A stretch of 64,000 bases of DNA from the NCBI GenBank assembly GCA_963834385.1, contig CAWIBO010000002.1, positions 832,001 through 896,000 of the forward strand, written 5' to 3'. Under the pieces are notes generated by a model, which was given only the letters and a program-made list of their open reading frames with translations, had not been told where the DNA came from and did not search any database. The first letter of the stretch is position 1; every line of letters starts with the position of its first letter. The translations under genes were made by a program, and so were the position numbers. This DNA comes from an uncultured Verrucomicrobiae bacterium (GTDB lineage Bacteria > Verrucomicrobiota > Verrucomicrobiia > Chthoniobacterales > UBA10450). Below are positions 29,437 to 40,306 of this stretch, piece after piece.

Positions 29437-30618
29437 TCAGGCGGTCGCGGTCTCACGCACCGGACTGGTCGCGCGGATTTTTTTCACGGCGGCCACGACG
29501 CGGTCAAGCCCGTGGGTGAGATCGGTTTCCTTGTTAAAACGGCCGAAGGAGAACCGCACGCTGTTGCGGGCGCGATCGTCGCCGAGCTTCATCGCCGCGA
29601 GGACGTGCGAGGGCGTGAGCGAGCCGGTGCGGCAGGCGGAAGCAGCGGAACAACAGACCCCGGCCTGGTCGAGCAGGAGAAGCAGGGCTCCCGAATCGAC
29701 CCCGGCAAAGGCAAGGTTGGTCGTGTTCGGCAGGCGGGACCGGGTGCTGCCGTTGATCTCCACCCCGGAAATCTTTTCGCGCAGGGCGGCCTCGAAACGG
29801 TCGCGCATCTCCCGCACCCTCCCTTTTTCTTCCTCCACTTTTGCCGCCGCCAGCTCCGCGGCTTTTCCCATGCCGACGATCGAGGCCACGTTCTCCGTCC
29901 CGGCCCGGCGCTTGTTCTCGTGGCTGCCGCCGAACAGGAGAGGACGGAACCGGGTCGAGCCGCTCACGTAAAGCGCGCCGATGCCTTTCGGCCCATGAAA
30001 TTTGTGCGCGGCCACCGAGAGAAAATTGATCGGCGTGCCGCTCAACTGCAGGCCGAGCTTGCCCGCCGCCTGGACGGCGTCGGTATGGAACAGCACCCCT
30101 TTGCGCCGGGCCAGTTCGGCCGCCTCCATGACCGGAAAGATGACGCCGGTCTCGTTGTTGGCCCACATGACGGAGACCACCGCGGTCGCCGGGGTGATGG
30201 CGCGCTCGAGCTCGGCGAGGTCGAGCTCGCCCGCCGCGTTCACGCCGACCCTGGTGACGGTGGCGCCGAGTTCCGGACCGAGCGCCTCGGCGCAGCGAAG
30301 AACGGCGCTGTGTTCCACCGCCGTCGTGACGATATGCCGCCGGGCGGGGTCGAGCGCGAGGGCGGAGCGCAGGGCGGTGTTGATTGATTCCGTGCCGCTG
30401 CTGGTGAAGATGATCTCAGCCGGGGCGCAGCCCAGCAGGCCGGCCACGCGGCTCCGGGCCAGTTCGAGCGCCTCGCGCGCCTCCCGCGCGAGCCGGTAAC
30501 CGCTCGAGGGATTGGCAAACTGGTCCTCCAGGAAAGGCAGCATTTCCGCCACGACCGCAGGGTCCACCCGGGTGGTGGCATTGTTATCGAGATAGATCAG
30601 CTGGGATGAATCGATCAC
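29437..30618 (-). CDS. iscS: Cysteine desulfurase (IscS/NifS family)
   Basis: YLDNNATT, FTSSGTES, HTDAVQ, AHKFHGPKG, SAASAC. Confidence 0.9.
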   Translation of the reverse strand: MIDSSQLIYLDNNATTRVDPAVVAEMLPFLEDQFANPSSGYRLAREAREALELARSRVAGLLGCAPAEIIFTSSGTESINTALRSALALDPARRHIVTTAVEHSAVLRCAEALGPELGATVTRVGVNAAGELDLAELERAITPATAVVSVMWANNETGVIFPVMEAAELARRKGVLFHTDAVQAAGKLGLQLSGTPINFLSVAAHKFHGPKGIGALYVSGSTRFRPLLFGGSHENKRRAGTENVASIVGMGKAAELAAAKVEEEKGRVREMRDRFEAALREKISGVEINGSTRSRLPNTTNLAFAGVDSGALLLLLDQAGVCCSAASACRTGSLTPSHVLAAMKLGDDRARNSVRFSFGRFNKETDLTHGLDRVVAAVKKIRATSPVRETATA

Positions 30619-30664
30619 GCCGGGAGCAGGGTAAGCCTCTCGTTTGCGATGGGCAACGCCGCGC

Positions 30665-31024
30665 TCAGTCGCGGCGCTTCGTCTCTTCCGCCGGGCGCGG
30701 GGCGTTCCCGGGATGTTTCGGTTCCCGGTGGGTGTAGCGGAAGTAGAGATTGCGCAGGTAAATCGGAAGCGGCATCGCCGTGCTCAGGACGCCGACCGAA
30801 TCCCGCTGGTAAATGGCAAAGTAACTAAGCATGAGAAGGCTTCCAAGGGCGCTGCATTCCCAGAAGCCGAAGGGGATGACGCTTTTGCGGGCGCGTTCGG
30901 AGGCCAGCCACTGGATCAGGAACCGCAGGCCGAAAACAACGCTGCCGCTCAGGCCCACCACTTTCCACGGGTGAAAGGCGATGCCGAACACCGTGACCTC
31001 GGCGAAAATACTCAGGCTGCTCAT
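30665..31024 (-). CDS. Lipid A biosynthesis N-terminal domain (LAB_N) membrane protein
   Basis: RFLIQWLASERARKSVIPFGFW..S..GS...Y....D.V...IYLRNL. Confidence 0.85.
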   Translation of the reverse strand: MSSLSIFAEVTVFGIAFHPWKVVGLSGSVVFGLRFLIQWLASERARKSVIPFGFWECSALGSLLMLSYFAIYQRDSVGVLSTAMPLPIYLRNLYFRYTHREPKHPGNAPRPAEETKRRD

Positions 31025-31111
31025 AGGGCGATACCGTCAGGCAGCGCCGGGCGCGAGAACAGCTTTTTCCTCGCGTTGTGAGGCGAAGCCTTTCGGATAA
31101 AGTCAGGCCGC

Positions 31112-32218
31112 ATGAAACCCATCTGGGACATGGCCAATCCGCAGCTGCGCGATCTTGCCGTCTACGAGCCGGGCAAACCGATCGAGGAAACCGCCCGCGA
31201 AGTGGGCGCGAGCGCGGACGAGATCATCAAGCTGGCCTCGAACGAAAACCCGCTCGGCCCTTCCCCCCACGCGCTTGCCGCCATCGCGGCCGCCTTGCCT
31301 TGCCTCCACCTCTATCCCGACGGCGGGGCTTTTTACCTGCGGGAAGCGCTCAGCCGCAAACTCGGGCTCCCGGCTGACCAGTTCATCTTCGGCAACGGTT
31401 CCAACGAAATCATCGAGTTCCTGGCGCACGCTTTTCTGCGCGAAGAAGATGAAATCGTCACCTCCGAGCACGCTTTTGTGGCCTACAAGCTGGTGGCCAA
31501 GGTCTTCGGCGCCCGGACAATCGAGGCGCCCAGCCCCGAGCATCGGCATGATCTCGAGGCGATGCTGGCAGCGATCACCCCGCGCACCCGGCTCGTTTTC
31601 ATCGCGAACCCGAACAATCCCACCGGTTCCCTCCTCGCGCAGGAGGAGATCGACCGGTTCATGGCCGCCGTGCCGGACCACGTCGTGGTCGTCTTCGACG
31701 AGGCCTATTACGAATATGTCGAGAATCCGCCCGACACGCTGAAGTTCGTCCGGGAAGGGCGGCCGGTTATCGTCCTGCGCACTTTTTCGAAGATGTATGG
31801 ACTGGCGGCGCTTCGCCTCGGTTTCGGCATGGCCCCGCGTGACCTGATCGCCGTGCTCCAGAAAACGCGGCAACCGTTCAATATCAATGGTCCGGCACAG
31901 GCCGGCGCTCTCGCGGCGCTGGACGACAGCGCACACCAGGAAGCCACCAGGAAACTCACTGATGAAGGGCGCTGCTTTTTCGAGCAGGAGCTGTCCGCGC
32001 TCTCGCTGCCCTTCATCCCCAGCGCGGCCAATTTCATCCTCGTGCGCGTTGGCGATGGCAACGCCGTTTTTCGCGAACTCCTGAAGCGACGGATCATTGT
32101 GCGCGCGCTCAAGGGGTATCATCTGCCGGAATGGGTCCGGATTTCCCTCGGCACCATGGAGCAAAACCAGCGCTGCCTCGCGGCGTTGCGCGAGGTGGTG
32201 CAGCCGCGCGATGCCTGA
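31112..32218 (+). CDS. hisC: Histidinol-phosphate transaminase
   Basis: YEPGKPI, KLASNENPLG, GNGSNE, NPNNPTG, DEAY, RTFSKMYGLAALRLG. Confidence 0.95.
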   Translation: MKPIWDMANPQLRDLAVYEPGKPIEETAREVGASADEIIKLASNENPLGPSPHALAAIAAALPCLHLYPDGGAFYLREALSRKLGLPADQFIFGNGSNEIIEFLAHAFLREEDEIVTSEHAFVAYKLVAKVFGARTIEAPSPEHRHDLEAMLAAITPRTRLVFIANPNNPTGSLLAQEEIDRFMAAVPDHVVVVFDEAYYEYVENPPDTLKFVREGRPVIVLRTFSKMYGLAALRLGFGMAPRDLIAVLQKTRQPFNINGPAQAGALAALDDSAHQEATRKLTDEGRCFFEQELSALSLPFIPSAANFILVRVGDGNAVFRELLKRRIIVRALKGYHLPEWVRISLGTMEQNQRCLAALREVVQPRDA

Positions 32219-33545
32219 CGACACCATTGCGGCGGTCTCAACGCCGCCAGGGGAAGGCGCCATCGCGCTCGTCCGCCTCGCGGGGCCGGACGCGGTCGCC
32301 ATCGCGGAGGCGGTGTTTCGGGGAACGGAAACGCCGTCCCAGATGCCCTCACACACGCAACGGCTCGGCGAGATCGTCGAGAACGGGGACCGGGTTGACC
32401 AGGTCATGCTCGCGGTGCACCGGGCTCCCCACAGTTATACCGGCGACGACGTGGTCGAGATCAGTTGTCACGGCGGCGTGCTCGTCACAGCCCGCGTCCT
32501 CGACTGCTGCCTGCGCGCCGGGGCGCGCGCGGCCCGCCCCGGCGAGTTCACCGAGCGCGCCTTTCACGCGGGCAAGATCGACCTGACCCAGGCGGAAGCG
32601 GTCATCGATTTGATCCGGGCCCAGACCGACCTCGCCCTGCGCGCCGCCAGCGAGCAGTTGGAAGGCCGGCTGGGCGCGAGTATCCACGCGCTCCGCGACA
32701 GGCTGGTGAATTTGATCGCTCAGGTGGAGGCCACGATCGATTTCCCTGACGAAGACATCGATTCGCAGACAGTGGACGGGGTGCGCGCCCGCCTGACAGA
32801 AATCACAGAGACGATTGAGGGTCTGTTGCAGACGGCGGAACGCGGACGGATCCTGCGCGAAGGCGTGCGCGTGGTGATCTTCGGCGCGACCAACGCCGGC
32901 AAGTCCAGCCTGCTCAACCGGCTTCTCGGTTTCGATCGGGCCATCGTCAGCGCCACACCGGGAACCACCCGGGATACGATCGAGGAAAAGATCAACCTCG
33001 GCGGTCTCCCGGTGCGCCTGCTCGACACCGCCGGCTTGCGCGAGGCGGCTGACGAGATTGAGCGCGAAGGGATGGATCGGACCCGGCGGTCGCTCGCCCA
33101 GGCTGACCTGGCCCTGCGCATCGTTGACCGGAACGCGCCGCGACCGGTCGGGCAGACGGAGTTGTCGCCGGAGCAGGAGATTCTTGTCCTCAACAAATCC
33201 GATCTGCCGGAGCACTCCGATTGGGCGGGAACAGAGGGCGTGCGGCTTTCCTGCCTGACCGGCGACGGGTTTGACGCGCTTGAGCAAACCATTTCCCGGC
33301 GGCTGGCTGGCGGGAAGTTTGGGGAGCAAAGCGGCGTTACGATCAACCGGCGCCATCGCGGTTGTCTGGAGCGGGCCGGTGAAGCCTGCGGGCGCGCCGA
33401 GGAAACGCTGACTGGTGGCCTTTCGCTCGAGTACGCCGCGGTCGATCTGCGCGCCGCGCTCGATGCCGTCGGCGAGGTCGTTGGCGTGGTCGACCACGAA
33501 CAGATTCTCGACTCCGTTTTCGGCCAGTTCTGCATCGGTAAATAG
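32211..33545 (+). CDS. mnmE: tRNA modification GTPase MnmE
   Basis: DTIAAVSTP, PGEFTERAF, NAGKSS, GTTRD, DTAG, NKSD, C-terminal FCIGK. Confidence 0.96.
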   Translation: MPDDTIAAVSTPPGEGAIALVRLAGPDAVAIAEAVFRGTETPSQMPSHTQRLGEIVENGDRVDQVMLAVHRAPHSYTGDDVVEISCHGGVLVTARVLDCCLRAGARAARPGEFTERAFHAGKIDLTQAEAVIDLIRAQTDLALRAASEQLEGRLGASIHALRDRLVNLIAQVEATIDFPDEDIDSQTVDGVRARLTEITETIEGLLQTAERGRILREGVRVVIFGATNAGKSSLLNRLLGFDRAIVSATPGTTRDTIEEKINLGGLPVRLLDTAGLREAADEIEREGMDRTRRSLAQADLALRIVDRNAPRPVGQTELSPEQEILVLNKSDLPEHSDWAGTEGVRLSCLTGDGFDALEQTISRRLAGGKFGEQSGVTINRRHRGCLERAGEACGRAEETLTGGLSLEYAAVDLRAALDAVGEVVGVVDHEQILDSVFGQFCIGK

Positions 33546-33571
33546 CGCAGGAACACGCGCGCGCGCGCGCG

Positions 33572-33722
33572 GTCATCCCGAGGCGCAGCCGAGGGACCTC
33601 CCCCACGCCAGTCGAAAACGCACGCTCACGCGACGTGTGGGCGACGGCACTTTGGGCGCTACTCTCCCCTCTTTCGGGCGCGCATCCGGAATCGCGAGGT
33701 CCTTCTCTTCGCTCAGGATGAC
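33572..33722. repeat. Intergenic palindromic element of the CGTC/GTCATCC-tagged REP-like type
   Basis: Left arm GTCATCCCGAGGCGCAGCCGAGGGACCTC (33572-33600); right arm GAGGTCCTTCTCTTCGCTCAGGATGAC (33696-33722). Confidence 0.75.
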
Positions 33723-33812
33723 GGCTCGCTGGCTGCGCGCACCAACACCTTCGTTTTCCTTCCGTCTCCCCCCGAAAAGTTTGCATCGAGCGAATGTGTG
33801 GTTTGGTGAAGT

Positions 33813-34847
33813 GTGTCCCCGACCTGTTACCGCTACGGTGTGCGGCCCCTCTTCTTCGCCCTGCCGGCGGAGACGGCCCATCACGTCGGCCTGAACGCGC
33901 TCCGCTTTGCCGCCCGTTTTGAAACCACCCTGCACGCGCTGCGCGCCTCTTTCCCTCAGCCAGACCGTCCGGTCCAGCTTTTCGGTCTCACTTTCCCGAA
34001 CCCGATCGGTCTCGCCGCCGGTTTCGACAAGAACGGCCTGGCAATACCCGCCTTCGCCGCGCTCGGGTTCGGCTTTGTCGAGATCGGGACGGTCACGGCA
34101 CAAGCGCAACCAGGCAATCCCACCCCCAGGATCTTTCGTTATCCCCGGCAGCAGGCCCTCATCAACCGACTCGGGTTCAACAACAAGGGCGCCGACGTGG
34201 TCGCGGCCCGGCTCCGTCGCCTGCGCGTGACATCGCGGTGGCCCTCCATCCCCGTCGGCATCAATATCGGGAAATCAAAGGTTGTGCCGGTGGAGGAGGC
34301 AGCGGCCGATTACCGCTACTCGTTCAAACGACTTGCGCCCCTCGCCAATTACGTGGTCTTGAACGTCAGCTCACCCAACACGCCCGGCCTCCGCCTCCTC
34401 CAGGAAGAAGCGGCACTCAACGAGCTGCTCGCGGTGATCCGTGACGAAAACCAGCTCCTGGCCCGGCCGATCCTGGTCAAGATCGCGCCCGACCTGAACG
34501 AAGCCGAACTGGAACAGGTCGTGGCCGCGTGTGAAGCGCATGACGTCGCCGGTTTGATTGCCACCAACACCACCCTCGACCATTCTTCGATCACCGCGGC
34601 GGGTTACCGCGACCAGGCCGGCGGCTTGAGCGGCGCGCCGCTGCGCGAAAAATCGACCACGCTCATTCGCTTCCTCCGTTCCCGCACCAGGCTGCCGATC
34701 GTGGCCAGCGGCGGCGTCATGGACGCGGAGTCCGCGCGCGAGAAAATCGAGGCCGGCGCGCAACTGGTGCAGGTTTATACCGGCCTCGTTTATCGCGGCC
34801 CGGGGCTGATCAACGAGATTGCCGGTGTCTTCCCGGTCCCTGCCTGA
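33813..34847 (+). CDS. pyrD: Quinone-dependent dihydroorotate dehydrogenase
   Basis: GLAAGFDKN, EIGTVT, NRLGFNN, NVSSPNTPGLR, VKIAPD, GGLSG. Confidence 0.95.
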   Translation: MSPTCYRYGVRPLFFALPAETAHHVGLNALRFAARFETTLHALRASFPQPDRPVQLFGLTFPNPIGLAAGFDKNGLAIPAFAALGFGFVEIGTVTAQAQPGNPTPRIFRYPRQQALINRLGFNNKGADVVAARLRRLRVTSRWPSIPVGINIGKSKVVPVEEAAADYRYSFKRLAPLANYVVLNVSSPNTPGLRLLQEEAALNELLAVIRDENQLLARPILVKIAPDLNEAELEQVVAACEAHDVAGLIATNTTLDHSSITAAGYRDQAGGLSGAPLREKSTTLIRFLRSRTRLPIVASGGVMDAESAREKIEAGAQLVQVYTGLVYRGPGLINEIAGVFPVPA

Positions 34848-34917
34848 TTCCGCGCCCGGCGCGCGGGCGACCTTGCCTGATTTGCCGGCTCTGCCACTAT
34901 GTGACCGCCCTTTCGCC

Positions 34918-35928
34918 ATGCTTCGCTTCCTTCTTTGCCTTCTGCTCCTTGCCCCCGCGCTTTCCGCGCAGCGGCCGCCGCCCCGCATCTCCGAGGATCG
35001 CGAGCTGAAAGAGTTCGATCTTTCCGGCTGGGATTGTCTTGATCGCCCGGAAGGCACGGCCAAGACGCCCGACGGCGCCGAGCGCAATCGTCAGAAGAAT
35101 CGTCCTTATGTCCCTGTGCCTGGAACGGGTGTGAAAGATCTCGATTTCGCGGGGTTTCTCCGGCACGTCGCCCCGGTTGATCTCTCCACGCGCGGATTAC
35201 GCCGCAAAGAGATCAGCGCGGCGCAACGCGCGTTGCTCGAGCCGCTCGAGAAACAGATCGTCTCGCTCACCGGCTACCTTGTCCTGGCTTATTCCGGTCC
35301 GCCCGAGTCAACCAACTGCGGCAGTGTCGATTTTCACGACTGGCACCTGGAGATTTTCGAGCAACCACAGGACCATCCGCCACGGGTGGGCGATCCGACG
35401 CCGATCATCGCAGAGATTGCGCCGCGCACGCAGACGGAGTTGTTTCGCAGCGGCATCCGGCTGCAGGACCTTGCCGCGTTTATTCGCGCGCCCGACCTGA
35501 CCCATGAGCCGACCGGGAAAAAGGCGGCCCGGGTCCGCGTAACCGGTTACCTGCTCTGGGACGACGACCATAATGGCCGGGCCGACATCGGGGAGCGGAT
35601 CGAGCGCACCGCGGCGAACGGTTATCATAATCCCTGGCGGCGCACCGCCTGGGAGATCCATCCCATCCTGAAGATCGAAGTGCTGGATGGAACAGCGGCG
35701 GTCGGGGCCGCGCCCGGGACGCCGCCGCCGGCCGCCCCCTCGCCTTCCGTGGCGGCCCAGTTCATCACGATCACGCAACCGGTCACGCTCAAGATCCCAT
35801 ACGGCGAGACCACCCTGCCGCGCGGGCTGCGTCTGCCCGTCGTGAAGAGCGATGCGGAAACCGTCACGGTCGAATATATGGGGAAGCGACATCTGGTGCC
35901 GCGGGCTTCGACCGCGCCGACACCGTGA
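34918..35928 (+). CDS. Exported hypothetical protein (probable OB-fold core, Pro/Ala linker, small C-terminal beta domain)
   Basis: Signal peptide MLRFLLCLLLLAPALSA; ESTNC..DWH, VRVTGYLLWD..H, WEIHP. Confidence 0.7.
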   Translation: MLRFLLCLLLLAPALSAQRPPPRISEDRELKEFDLSGWDCLDRPEGTAKTPDGAERNRQKNRPYVPVPGTGVKDLDFAGFLRHVAPVDLSTRGLRRKEISAAQRALLEPLEKQIVSLTGYLVLAYSGPPESTNCGSVDFHDWHLEIFEQPQDHPPRVGDPTPIIAEIAPRTQTELFRSGIRLQDLAAFIRAPDLTHEPTGKKAARVRVTGYLLWDDDHNGRADIGERIERTAANGYHNPWRRTAWEIHPILKIEVLDGTAAVGAAPGTPPPAAPSPSVAAQFITITQPVTLKIPYGETTLPRGLRLPVVKSDAETVTVEYMGKRHLVPRASTAPTP

Positions 35929-35981
35929 CGGGCTGATCCGGCGGCTCGACTTTTGGGGCGGGAACCGCCAGAGTTTCCTTC

Positions 35982-36380
35982 ATGAAACGTTCTGCTCTTG
36001 CTCTTCTGGTTTGTTCCCTGCTGGCGACCCCGGTTTTTGCGGAGGAAGCGGTCACCTGCACCGCGGCCGAGGCGAAGGATCACCTGGGCAAGGAAGTGAC
36101 CGTGAAAGACACGGTGATGGACGTTTACAAGGCGAAAGGGGGCAACACCTTCCTCAATTTCGGCGGAAAACATCCGAACGAAACCTTTGTCGCTTTTATT
36201 CCCGTGACCGCGGCGGAGAAATTCCCGGAGGCCGCGAAGATGAAAGGGAGCGTGGTCAGCGTGACCGGCAAAGTGACCGAGCACAAAGGCAAACCGCAGA
36301 TCACGGTGATGTCACCGGAACAGATCAAGGTCGAGACCCCGGCCGCGGAACCCGAGGCGAGCCCAACGACCACTCCCTAG
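35982..36380 (+). CDS. Exported OB-fold protein
   Basis: Signal peptide; AKDHLGKEVTV, FLNFGGKHPN.TF, VSVTGKV..KGKPQI. Confidence 0.75.
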   Translation: MKRSALALLVCSLLATPVFAEEAVTCTAAEAKDHLGKEVTVKDTVMDVYKAKGGNTFLNFGGKHPNETFVAFIPVTAAEKFPEAAKMKGSVVSVTGKVTEHKGKPQITVMSPEQIKVETPAAEPEASPTTTP

Positions 36381-36940
36381 TAGGTGACGTAGTGGACGCG
36401 GCCGTTGATATCGACCCAGTAACGGCTGGCGCCGACGTGATAGACACGGGGCGCGCTGGCCACGTTTGATTTCTGATCATAAGCGCCGCGGTTTAACGCG
36501 GACACAACCGGCCGATCGTTGGCGCGCCGCATCCGCTCAATTTCGCGGCGCTCGCGCTCCTTGCCCTCGGCTTCGAGACGGCGACTGACGATGGCCAGAT
36601 GCCGTTCGCGCTCGGCTTGGAACCGGGCCTGACGATCCGCGTCGGCATTCTGGATGCGCGCAGCCAGATCAAGATCGTTTGTGAGGCGATGGCGGGCGAC
36701 GCGAAACTCCATGACGCCATCCGTCACCGACATTTCATCGCCATCATCCTTTAGACAGGTCACGGCCGTCCCCGAAGGCACACCATGCACGCCGTATTGA
36801 TGCGAGATGCTGGTCGTCTGCATCAGAAAATAGACCCCCTCGGGGGCGAGATTGGGGCGGTCGGGCAGTGTCTTATGCAGAAACCACCCAGCCAGCATCG
36901 CCAGGGCCACGGTGCACAACAGCTTGGCCGTCGTGAACAT
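36377..36940 (-). CDS. Hypothetical protein (N-terminal TM, beta domain, coiled coil)
   Basis: 187-aa ORF; LAPEGVYFL...RLTNDLDLA, E/R-rich helix. Confidence 0.65.
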   Translation of the reverse strand: MFTTAKLLCTVALAMLAGWFLHKTLPDRPNLAPEGVYFLMQTTSISHQYGVHGVPSGTAVTCLKDDGDEMSVTDGVMEFRVARHRLTNDLDLAARIQNADADRQARFQAERERHLAIVSRRLEAEGKERERREIERMRRANDRPVVSALNRGAYDQKSNVASAPRVYHVGASRYWVDINGRVHYVTY

Positions 36941-36994
36941 AGAGCTTAATTAGCAGAAAGGCCGCCGGATTAGCCAGCCGAATTTCTCGCGAAG

Positions 36995-39900
36995 TTACTG
37001 CTCGCGCCCGGAAGGAGCTTTGCGCTTTTGTCTGCCACTCCTTGATCCACTGTTTGCCGGTGGAAGGGGCGACCCTGTCTCTGCAATTACTTCTGTGGTA
37101 GGCCCAACCGAGTAGGCCACCGAGGTCATCGCGCTCTCCGGCACGCCTTCCTTGAAAGCCTTCGCCCGAACGGTGGCGGTCGCTTTAAGGGTGAACGGCC
37201 CTTGGAAACGAAGCGCGGGATCGGCTGTCGGAACCGAACCATCGGTGGTGTAAAAGATGGTGGCGCCAGGGGTGGGCGTGGCCATGTTCACCGTAACGCT
37301 CTTGGAATAGGTGCCTCCCCGCGGCGCGAAAATGGGCGGAGCGACGCCGCCCGGTTGAGCAGTGAAAACGTAATCCTGCGGCGGCACATACCAGGAAGTG
37401 CCACTCTTCGACCAGAGACGGACGTAAATCGCCCTGCCGTCGGTCGGGAGATTTTGAACCGTGGCGGAATTGCCGCCGGTCTGGCCGGAATTATAAAAAT
37501 CGGTCCCGGCCGGCGCGCTACCGACGGTAAACCAAAAGGCAACAGCGTTGCCCCGATTCCAGGTGAAGGTGGCGGTTGACCCGGCCAATGGGACACAAGG
37601 CGACGGAGTCAAGATGGTGCCGTAAGCAGGGGGAGTCGCCGAAGGCGTAGCCGAGGGAAGCGGCGTCGGGGTGGGCGCAATTTGAGAGACCGTCACGGTT
37701 TCGTAAAGCCCGCGCCCATGGGTGGCCGCCCGCACCATGCGTGAGGTGTTCTGGATTTCGAGACCGAACACAGCAACATGGGGAAACCCATTCCCGTACG
37801 ATTCCCATGTCTGCCCGCCGTCGGGTGAGTAAAAAGACTCCCGCATCCGTGCCGACGTAGACGTCGCTGGAAGCGGAACCAACCAGCGTGACCGGATCAA
37901 TGGCGATGGCATTGACGGGGATATCGGGCAACCCCGTGGACACCGCGGTGAACTCCACCTGGCCACAGATATCGGTCAGGCCGCCTAGATTCTCCGTTTT
38001 CCAGACGTGAGCCATGGGCGCAGAAGGCGTGCCGAAGCCGTTAAAGGCAATGTAAGCGACATCGCGATTATTCGGATCGATGGCGATTCTTCCCACCGGC
38101 GCCGCCGGGGTGGTGCCAGTGCCGTTGGTGGCACCGGCGCCGGCGACCTGGAGCATCGTCACACCACCGTTCAGGGTCGCGAAAACCTTGCCATTCGACA
38201 ATCCCACGAGGCGTACATTGTCATCCTGAGGAGAGATGGCAATTGCAGTAACGGTCTGACCGGGCTGGAAAACCTGACTAACAATCGAGGAGGTGTTTGC
38301 GCGGTCGACTGAGCGATAAAGCCTGTTCGTCCCGAAGTACAGATCTGTTCGGATTGCCCGGACCCAACGCTTGGGGAGCATAAAACTCAACATCGTCGTC
38401 GATCCCAATTCCATTCAACGTATCCGAGGAGCCATCGCAATACGGCCCGAGACTCCACCGAAAAATACTCCATGAAAGGACCACTCGCCTTCGGTCGCAC
38501 AGGGCGTGACCAGAGTGCGACCGGTGCCGATCAACCCGCCACTAACGTTGAAATATGTGTGGTACATCGTTACATCCACCGTGCCGGTGGCGTTTTGGTC
38601 TATCAGAGTCACCCCGCCGTCGCCGAAATCCGCACGCGTTAAACTGCCGTCCTCCCGCAACAAAATGGTGCCGTTGTCCTGGGTGCCGCCGAGCGAGAAG
38701 TAACGATCCGTCGGATGCACCGCCAGCCCCTGAAATTGCGTGGCGCTAAAAGTGGAGTTGTTCAGTGAGGTCCAGTTCTGTCCGGCATCGGTCGAACGCC
38801 AAATGCCCCCATCGTTACCATGGTAAATGATGGAAGGCGCTGAGGGCGCAACCGCGATGGCGTGCACGTCGACGTGGAGACCCTCGATACTCGAAGCGAA
38901 GCTCGTGCCGGCATCGCCGGAGTATATAAAGACGCCCTCATCGACGCTGCCGCCAACGTAGACTTTGCTGGCGTTTGTCGGATCAATCGCCACGGCCAGA
39001 TCGTAGAACCCCTGCTGGGTGGCAAAGCCGTTCGCCAGCGGATCGGACGAAGCCGATCCAAAGGAGGCGCCGCCATTGGCCGAGCGGTAAACGCGGCCAT
39101 TGGGATCGCCCTCATCGGTCACCGCATACACCGTGACCGCTCCGCTGATGTTCACAAGAGCCAGCTTGACGTTGGTAAAATCGCCCAGGGCTTTGGTCCG
39201 GGTGAAGGTGGGCGTCGGCGCCAGCGCATTCGTGCTGCGATAAATCCCACCGGTGCTGGTGCCGTTTTGACTGAACAAAGCGCAAACAAGATTGTTGCCG
39301 TTGGCAGGGTCCATCACCACCGAGGTCATGATGGCGTTGGTTTCAGAGGGCGCGACGTCCAAACGGGAAAAGACGGGAGTGCCAGTGCCATCAACCCCGG
39401 CGAAAAGGTTCGTTGTTCGATAAAGCCCTCGCGGCGGCAAAGTCGAATAGGCCGTGGCAAAAAGGCCGCCCACCCCCGAGCCGGTGGTGAGAAAAGCGTT
39501 GTTATGATTCGCAGGATCAATGGCGATTCCGACTATTGAACGCCCGGTGAAAATATCAGCGCTGTCGCTGGCGCGCAGGTTGTAGGGACCATGGATCACC
39601 GGGCTGGAGCTTTCCGCCTGCGTCACGATATAAAGGCCATTCCCAAAGAAACTGTCGCCCGAATTATTTCCCTCCCCTGTTCCCACGATCACATTCGCGG
39701 GATTGGTTGGATCGATCGCAACCGATCCGATCGCCAGCGGTGTTCCAATCGCCCCCGCCGAAACTCCGTCCATCAACTGTGTCCACGATCCACCGGCGTC
39801 CAGTGTCCGATAAAGTCCGCCCTGGGCCGTCCCGACATACACGATGCTCGAATTGACGGGATGCACTGCAATCGCCGTCACCCGTCCACTCACCGGATCT

Positions 39901-40205
39901 TGTCGCCCTCCCTCCGTCTGGCCATTCGGGATCGGGAACGGACCCAGCGCCGTCCATGTCGGTCCTACCACTCGCGGACCCACGCTGAGAGGATGGATGG
40001 TCCGGCCCCGATCCTTTGCCCGGGGGAGCTTTTTTGCCGGCGGAATATTTTCGATAAACCTCTTCGGCGGGTTTTCCTTGAGACGCCCCTTCCCACCTAG
40101 TTTTACGGAGTCCGCCGCTGAAAGCAGCGGACAGGCGGAAAAGAGAAAGAGGAACGACAGGAAGAAGGCGGGCGCCGCGAAACGCTGGCTGGGATATATC
40201 TTCAT
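36995..40205 (-). CDS. Large exported BNR/Asp-box beta-propeller protein with a PT linker and C-terminal FN3-associated (CHB_HEX_C-like) domain; frameshifts ~38450, 38345, 37833
   Basis: Signal peptide; repeated RTLDAGGSW / RSTDAGQNW / SPDGGQTW; LGGTQDNG; ATHGRG; PRGGTY..TPGATIFYTTDGS.P. Confidence 0.8.
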
Positions 40206-40306
40206 TTTCTGGGGGAAAGGGCCGCCAATCTTGGCAGGAAACTCCCTCCCTGCAACGCCTAATATTTACGCGCGCAACGGTTTTTTCCCTCAACCTCGGG
40301 AAATCT

